Source: Alphaproteobacteria bacterium | GTDB taxonomy: Bacteria; Pseudomonadota; Alphaproteobacteria; RF32; CAG-239 | DNA length: 64,000 bases | Reading direction: 5' to 3' | Assembly: GCA_017470165.1 (NCBI GenBank) | Contig: JAFUEX010000020.1 | Location: 19,415 to 83,414 of the forward strand | Part shown: positions 58,280-64,000 of the stretch, in pieces | How positions within the stretch are numbered: position 1 is the first letter of the stretch | How the letters are laid out: each line of letters opens with the position of its first letter | Position numbers and translations under genes: made by a program | Notes under the pieces: generated by a model | The model's database searches: none | The model's input: only the letters and a program-made list of their open reading frames with translations | Told to the model about the DNA's origin: nothing

Positions 58280-59809
58280 TTATTTAAGTTTAATTTTTTC
58301 CCTTATAACACCGACCGCCAGCAAAATCAAGCATAATGTTATGGAAATTAAATTTCCCAGCCTACCATAAGTTGTACCTCCGATTGATTTACTCAAATTC
58401 ACATCGCTGATTCCGACATAATTAAGCGGCATAACCCCTTTTTCGCGGCCATAAGCATCAATCATACCGCTAATACCGTTATTGGCCGCCCGTACAATCG
58501 TAATTCCCTCTTCTACCGCACGAAACTTAGCTGCCACCCAGTGCTGATAAGGCCCTGACGATACCCCGTACCACCCGTCATTGGTAAGATTAACCAACCA
58601 CTCCGGCCGATTTTTTTCATCCACCACCTGATGCGGAAAGATTATTTCATAACAAATCGCTGCTCCCATTTTAGGCAATCCCACCAACTCAAAACTCTCT
58701 GCTCCTTGGCCGCGGCCAAACTCTCCGATGGCATTGGCCACCGGCCGCACAAACTCCGGCAAATATTTCCTCAACGGCACGTATTCCCCGAAGGGCACCA
58801 AATGCGCCTTGTGATAATAACCGCGAATTTGCCCCTCTCCGTCAATCATCACCATTGAATTATGCGGTCGATAGCGTCCGTCATTATATTGATAGCTCAC
58901 CACTCCGGTCAGCAGGATTGCTTGCTTTGGTAATATCTCGGCCAATTCGTGCAAATGCACCTCATCATCTTCCAGCCCGAAAGGCGATGCCGTCTCACCC
59001 CACACTATAGCCTGTGGCGCTTCATCGGTTTTGCTTGCGCTAAGTTGCAAATACTTCTGCCAGTTATCCTCCGCCGCTTGTTTCGACCATTTCATTGTTT
59101 GCGGAATACTCGGCTGCACAATCCGCACCCTTGTTTCTCCCTGCAAATCCTCAGCTCCGCGCAACCGAATTTGTCCCCAAAGGTAATTGCCGCCGAAAAT
59201 TATCGCCATACCTAGCATCACCTGCAACAAAATTCGCCGCCGGCAATCTGCCATCCAAATTCCGACCAAACTATATCCCAAAACCGCTGATAATGATACC
59301 AAATACGCTCCGCCAACCGCCGCGCTCTGCAAAAACCAAATCTCATTTGCCCAGCTATAGCCTAACAAATTCCACGGGAAGCCTGTCAAGATAAAGCTCC
59401 GTCCCCATTCGCCAAGCACCCAAACCGCACCAAACGCCAGCCATTTGTTCCACTTATCTTGCAGCATTGCACAAACCGCCGCCGGCACTGCCGCAAACGC
59501 CCCGAAAAATCCTCCGGCCGCCACCAAGGCTATCGGATAGAGCCAGCCGAACCTATCCGCATCCACCAGCAACGCATTACCAACCCAGCTAAACCCTCCT
59601 GCAAAATGCGCAAACCCGAACCAATAGCCTATTGCTGCGGCTCGTTTTATACTCTGCGTCGACAACAATAAGCGCAACAACCACCCGAACGCCAAAAATC
59701 CGCACCACTGCTGAAAATACGGTGCAAATATCCCCACACTCAACCATCCGGCCACAAACGCCGTCGTCTTATAATATTTTGTTGCCGCCTCAGTTATTTT
59801 GCACTGCAT
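58280..59809 (-). CDS. lnt: Apolipoprotein N-acyltransferase
   Basis: GFPWNLLGY, WGET, KAHLVPFGEY, ICYEIIF, NLTNDGWYG and RAANNGIS motifs. Confidence 0.97.
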   Translation of the reverse strand: MQCKITEAATKYYKTTAFVAGWLSVGIFAPYFQQWCGFLAFGWLLRLLLSTQSIKRAAAIGYWFGFAHFAGGFSWVGNALLVDADRFGWLYPIALVAAGGFFGAFAAVPAAVCAMLQDKWNKWLAFGAVWVLGEWGRSFILTGFPWNLLGYSWANEIWFLQSAAVGGAYLVSLSAVLGYSLVGIWMADCRRRILLQVMLGMAIIFGGNYLWGQIRLRGAEDLQGETRVRIVQPSIPQTMKWSKQAAEDNWQKYLQLSASKTDEAPQAIVWGETASPFGLEDDEVHLHELAEILPKQAILLTGVVSYQYNDGRYRPHNSMVMIDGEGQIRGYYHKAHLVPFGEYVPLRKYLPEFVRPVANAIGEFGRGQGAESFELVGLPKMGAAICYEIIFPHQVVDEKNRPEWLVNLTNDGWYGVSSGPYQHWVAAKFRAVEEGITIVRAANNGISGMIDAYGREKGVMPLNYVGISDVNLSKSIGGTTYGRLGNLISITLCLILLAVGVIREKIKLK

Positions 59810-60668
59810 TATCCTTAGGCCTTATGATCATTGCCTTTTTAATTTGTGTCGGATCAGCTTCCAAAATCCTGAATTTGACACCGCCAACTCCGTTAATAAC
59901 CTCACCACGGGTCGGCACCCGTTGAATAAGATGGAAAATCAAACTATTCAGTGTATCAACATCCTCGGCGCATTCTTCGTCCAAACCATCGTACAAATCC
60001 ACCCCGCAGATATTTTTTATTTCGTCCAATTCTGCCTTGCCGTCGGCCAATACATTGCCGTTATTTTGGTTGCAAATAACCGGTTCATCCTCATGGTCGT
60101 ACTCATCTTCAATATCACCGACAATTTCTTCCAGCAAATCCTCAATGGTAATCAAGCCGTCGATTCCGCCGTATTCATCAACCACCATGGCCATATGTAT
60201 CTTGTCTTGCTGCATTTCTTTGAGCAAATCCATCACCCCCTTCTCCGGTGAGACAAATTTTATCTTATCGCTGATAATATCAGTAATCTTCACGTCGTTC
60301 CGGTTTTGCAATACCCCCTTCACCAAATCGATAACGTGCACTATTCCCACAATATCATCCAGCGATTCGCCATAAATCGGAATCCGCGAATGCCCTTGCT
60401 CAATCATCAATTCTGCCAAATCCATCACCGTCCCATCCTTGGGAAAAGCCACAATATCCGCCCGCGCTATCATTGCATTTTCACATCTGCGCCCGCGCAA
60501 ATCCAGCACATTATTCAACAGCAGCTGTTCATGCTGGCTAAAATCACTCTCTCCGTTTTCCGCCGCTTCTTCCATCAAATCCTCAATTGTCTCACGCACC
60601 GTTTCATTATTTTTGCGATGAAACAATTTTCTCAAAAAACCGCCCTGCTGACTATCTTCGTCTGACAT
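59790..60668 (-). CDS. corC: HlyC/CorC family CBS-domain protein
   Basis: HSRIPIY, VVDEYGGIDGLITIEDLLEEIVGDIEDE and C-terminal transporter-associated domain. Confidence 0.9.
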   Translation of the reverse strand: MSDEDSQQGGFLRKLFHRKNNETVRETIEDLMEEAAENGESDFSQHEQLLLNNVLDLRGRRCENAMIARADIVAFPKDGTVMDLAELMIEQGHSRIPIYGESLDDIVGIVHVIDLVKGVLQNRNDVKITDIISDKIKFVSPEKGVMDLLKEMQQDKIHMAMVVDEYGGIDGLITIEDLLEEIVGDIEDEYDHEDEPVICNQNNGNVLADGKAELDEIKNICGVDLYDGLDEECAEDVDTLNSLIFHLIQRVPTRGEVINGVGGVKFRILEADPTQIKKAMIIRPKDNAVQNN

Positions 60669-60669
60669 C

Positions 60670-61233
60670 TTATTCTACCAACTCCTTATATGGATTATCA
60701 ATATTCATCTCTTTGAGCACCGCCGTTTCAATAGCCTCCATCTCTTCGGCTTCATCATCTTCTATGTGGTCAAACCCCAAAATATGCAAAATTCCATGGG
60801 CTAACAAATGCGCCAAATGATGCTCCAAACTTATCTTCTTAACCTCTGCCTCGCTTTGCAATACTTCAAAAGCGACAATCACATCGCCCAGCTCAATTAT
60901 GTCACCATCCTCACACTCCGCAGCAAAATCATCACTGTCAATATTGGCAAAGGACAAAACATTGGTCGGCTTATCCACACCGCGAAATTCGGCATTAAGC
61001 CGGTGCACCTCAGCCGAATCCCCCAGCACCAAATTAATACTCACCGGCTTACCATAATCTTGCGGTCTAAACTTGCCAAACGCATCATTTTGCTGCAGAT
61101 AGCCCCACGTTTTAGCAAAAACATTCTCCGCCAGCTCTTCTACACCGTCGATTTTTTCCCACAGAGGCGATTCCTTTATCACTTCAATCTTATTTTTATT
61201 CATCGCCGTATTCTTTTTTACTTTTGTCTTCAT
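60670..61233 (-). CDS. ybeY: rRNA maturation endoribonuclease YbeY
   Basis: DKPTNVLSF, LGDVIV and HGILHILGFDH motifs. Confidence 0.95.
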   Translation of the reverse strand: MKTKVKKNTAMNKNKIEVIKESPLWEKIDGVEELAENVFAKTWGYLQQNDAFGKFRPQDYGKPVSINLVLGDSAEVHRLNAEFRGVDKPTNVLSFANIDSDDFAAECEDGDIIELGDVIVAFEVLQSEAEVKKISLEHHLAHLLAHGILHILGFDHIEDDEAEEMEAIETAVLKEMNIDNPYKELVE

Positions 61234-62179
61234 AGGCTTTCACAATCTTGGCCACCAGTCCGTGTCTTACTACATCCGCTGCCGAAAAACGCACCGAACC
61301 GATATTAGAAGTACCCTTCAACACCTCCAATGCATCGCGCAGCCCCGAAATCACTCCGCGCGGCAAATCCACCTGGCTCAAATCGCCGTTAACCACCATC
61401 CGCGAATTTTCGCCCAAACGTGTCAAAAACATCTTCATCTGCATCGGGGTGGTATTCTGCGCCTCGTCCAAAATTATAAATGCATTTGACAAAGTGCGCC
61501 CGCGCATAAAGGCCAAAGGTGCAATTTCAATCTCGCCTAAAGCAATCTTTTTATCTACCTGTTCGGCCGGCAACATCTCGTACAAAGCATCATACAACGG
61601 TCTGAGATAAGGGTCTACTTTGTCCTTCAAATCGCCGGGAAGAAATCCCAAATTCTCACCAGCCTCAACTGCCGGCCGCGACAAAATAATTTTATCAATA
61701 ACCCCTTCCAGCATCATCGAAACCGCCAGTGCCACCGCCAGATAGGTTTTACCGGTTCCCGCCGGACCCAAGCCGAATACCAGCTCATTGTTCATCATCG
61801 TCTGGATATATTCTGCTTGCGTTGCTGAGCGCGGATAAATATGCCGTTTTTTGGTTTTGAGCACCAAATTACTTAAATCAACCGCCTCTTTAGTGCTGAC
61901 ATTATCTCCGCTCAGCCGCACAGCCGCGTTTACTTCCTGCTCACTGATATCAATACCGCGGCTTACTTTATTGTACAACACATCAATCGCGGTTTTGGCC
62001 TGTTCTACCGCGGCTTTCTTGCCTTTAATGGTCATTTTATTGCCAAACGAACTTATTTCCACGCCGACAATTTTTTCAAGCAATCGCAAATTAGCATCTT
62101 GCGGTCCGACCATCTGTTGCACCAAAGTATTATTAAACAATTCAAACGAAACTTCCGCCATATTTTTAATCTCCTGCAA
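61196..62179 (-). CDS. phoH: PhoH-family ATPase (YbeZ)
   Basis: GPAGTGKT, RPAVEAGE, APLAFMRGRT and DEAQN motifs. Confidence 0.96.
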   Translation of the reverse strand: MQEIKNMAEVSFELFNNTLVQQMVGPQDANLRLLEKIVGVEISSFGNKMTIKGKKAAVEQAKTAIDVLYNKVSRGIDISEQEVNAAVRLSGDNVSTKEAVDLSNLVLKTKKRHIYPRSATQAEYIQTMMNNELVFGLGPAGTGKTYLAVALAVSMMLEGVIDKIILSRPAVEAGENLGFLPGDLKDKVDPYLRPLYDALYEMLPAEQVDKKIALGEIEIAPLAFMRGRTLSNAFIILDEAQNTTPMQMKMFLTRLGENSRMVVNGDLSQVDLPRGVISGLRDALEVLKGTSNIGSVRFSAADVVRHGLVAKIVKAYEDKSKKEYGDE

Positions 62180-63500
62180 TTGTGCCCGACAATGAATTCA
62201 TCGTAGCTGTTTCAATCTTAACATTAACAATCTTGCCGCGACACTCATCCCCCGCCTCGGCATACAAATTCTGCATATAAGGAGTACGCCCCGTCAATTG
62301 TCCCTTATGACGCCCGTCTCCTTCAAACAATACCGGCACTATTTTACCGACCATTTCTTTATTAAAGTTTAACTGATAGCCGAATAATTTATCCTGCAGC
62401 ACCGCCAACCGCTCTTTCTTAATTTTTTCCGGCACTTGATGTTCGTACTCTGCCGCCGGTGTCCCCGGTCGCGGTGAATACTTAAACGAAAAAGCCGTAA
62501 TAAATTTAACCTTGTCTGCCAAATCCAAAGTTGCCTGAAAATCCTCGTCCGATTCGTCAGGAAACCCGACAATAAAATCCGAAGCAAACCGCAACGCCGG
62601 ATTCGCCTCGCGCAGCTTGGCAATAACCTCCAAATATTCTCCCGCGGTGTGTCTGCGGTTCATCGCCTTCAAAATCCTATCCGACCCCGACTGCACAGGC
62701 AAGTGGAGATAAGGCATCAAAATCGGCACATTTTTATGACAATCAATCAGCTCATCATTCACATCCGCCGGATAAGATGTGGTATATCTCAAGCGCTTCA
62801 GCCCGTCTATCTCGCTGATTTTGTTAATCAAATAAGCCAAATTACGCTCTTTGCCTAAAGCATCTTCGCCATGATACGAATTGACGTTTTGTCCCAAAAG
62901 ATTAATTTCCAGTGTTCCTTCACTCACCAATTTGCGCGCCTCACGCACCACATCTTCCACCGGCCGAGAAGTTTCAACCCCGCGGGTATACGGCACCACA
63001 CAATAAGTGCAAAAATTATTGCATCCCTCTTGTATGGCAATAAACGAGCACGCCCCTTGCGAAGTGTTTTCACCCAAATAATCAAACTTGGATTCGGCAG
63101 GGAACTCCGTATCAATCACCATCTCTGCCTTTTTTTGTGCCAAATCATCCAATATCTGCGGCAACCGATGATAAGTCAACGTCCCCAAAGCAAAATCCAC
63201 CGCTGCCGAACGCTTAAAAATCTGCTCGTCTTCGGCCTGCACCACACATCCCATCACTCCAATGACGGTGTCTTTGCCCTGTGCTGCCCGCTCCTGCTTT
63301 ATCAGAATTACGCGTCCCAAATCCGAAAACAGCTTTTCCGCGGCCTTTTCACGAATATGACAGGTATTGAAAATAACCAAATCGGCATCCTCAATTCTTT
63401 CTGCCGCGCTCAACCCTCTTTTTTCCAATAATCCGGCCACCCGATGTGAATCATACACATTCATTTGGCACCCGAAAGTCTTAATAAAATATTTTTCCAT
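62166..63500 (-). CDS. miaB: tRNA methylthiotransferase MiaB
   Basis: TFGCQMN, NTCHIRE, GCNNFCTYC (radical SAM) and TRAM domain. Confidence 0.97.
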   Translation of the reverse strand: MEKYFIKTFGCQMNVYDSHRVAGLLEKRGLSAAERIEDADLVIFNTCHIREKAAEKLFSDLGRVILIKQERAAQGKDTVIGVMGCVVQAEDEQIFKRSAAVDFALGTLTYHRLPQILDDLAQKKAEMVIDTEFPAESKFDYLGENTSQGACSFIAIQEGCNNFCTYCVVPYTRGVETSRPVEDVVREARKLVSEGTLEINLLGQNVNSYHGEDALGKERNLAYLINKISEIDGLKRLRYTTSYPADVNDELIDCHKNVPILMPYLHLPVQSGSDRILKAMNRRHTAGEYLEVIAKLREANPALRFASDFIVGFPDESDEDFQATLDLADKVKFITAFSFKYSPRPGTPAAEYEHQVPEKIKKERLAVLQDKLFGYQLNFNKEMVGKIVPVLFEGDGRHKGQLTGRTPYMQNLYAEAGDECRGKIVNVKIETATMNSLSGTIAGD

Positions 63501-63677
63501 CTCTGCTAAAATTCAGTAACCTTTCAACTTATCTCACATCATAAAGTATGATTTTAACTTTTTCAAATATTTTTTATCACCTATTACTGTTTTTATTGAA
63601 AAATTAACCGTAATTTGTTAGCATAAGCTCAAGATTATGAGTTTTGAGCGTCACCATTTTTTAACAAGGAGATACCG

Positions 63678-64000
63678 ATGTCGCAAATTCAATCCGCTGA
63701 TTATATTTCACAAATGACTGAGCAGGACAAAATCATATTTTTGCAATTTTTGGTTATGTTGGCCAAAATTGACAACCATTTTGATGAGGTTGAAAAGGAA
63801 TTTATCACCGCAACCGCCGACAATCTTCACATCAGCAGTGATAAACTCGGAGCAATCCTTCAGACCGATTCTGCCGATGAGGTCATTCACCAAGCCTCTC
63901 TTATAACCAATCGCTTTGTTGCCCTTAACATCATCAAAGAGGCTTGTTTTTTGGCCAATTCTGATGACGACCTTTCTGCCGAAGAGGTTACCTTCATCGG
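63678..64000 (+). CDS. TerB-like protein (runs off window)
   Basis: Hand translation from ATG 63678 (AAGGAG RBS): ...LAKIDNHFDEVEKEFI...KEACFLANSDDDLSAEEVTFI, two TerB-like half motifs. Confidence 0.7.
   Translation, partial: MSQIQSADYISQMTEQDKIIFLQFLVMLAKIDNHFDEVEKEFITATADNLHISSDKLGAILQTDSADEVIHQASLITNRFVALNIIKEACFLANSDDDLSAEEVTFI

Overview
This is a 64 kb chromosomal segment of an alphaproteobacterium. The gene orders suggest a compact Rhodospirillales-like lineage (inference from synteny, not a database match). It is mostly housekeeping: a fragmented dcw cluster (ftsZ-A-Q, murB, murG, ftsW, mraY, with murE and ddl displaced), flgB-flgC-fliE behind a sigma54-type promoter, slt-rlpA-dacA-tmk-holB-tatD, lepA, nrdAB, mreBCD-mrdA-rodA, an OmpR/EnvZ-type pair, pgsA-uvrC, trmB-mnmA and miaB-phoH-ybeY-corC-lnt. 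I saw no rRNA, tRNA, CRISPR array, transposase, integrase or prophage structural gene. The best candidate for an undescribed system is 16.8-20.2 kb. It is a self-contained two-gene operon (exact TTGACA-17-TATAAT promoter, terminator-like end) encoding two large, divergent paralogues, each with a basic leader plus Gly/Ala-rich anchor, a phage-type GH24 lysozyme-like domain (E-x8-D) and a TPR-like tail. One gene carries a G9 slippage tract, and no holin or phage gene lies nearby. A second accessory patch (23.3-25.0 kb) holds a direct-repeat-flanked four-hairpin element with compensatory changes, a cluster of TGTC-tagged REP-like palindromes, and two divergent genes each broken by one in-frame TAG. 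Other oddities are tandem catalytically dead EAL proteins after rodA, a PgsA with an AT-hook-like/histone-like tail, a SifR/YwnA-like Rrf2-cupin cassette with its operator, and a pair of tiny paralogues.
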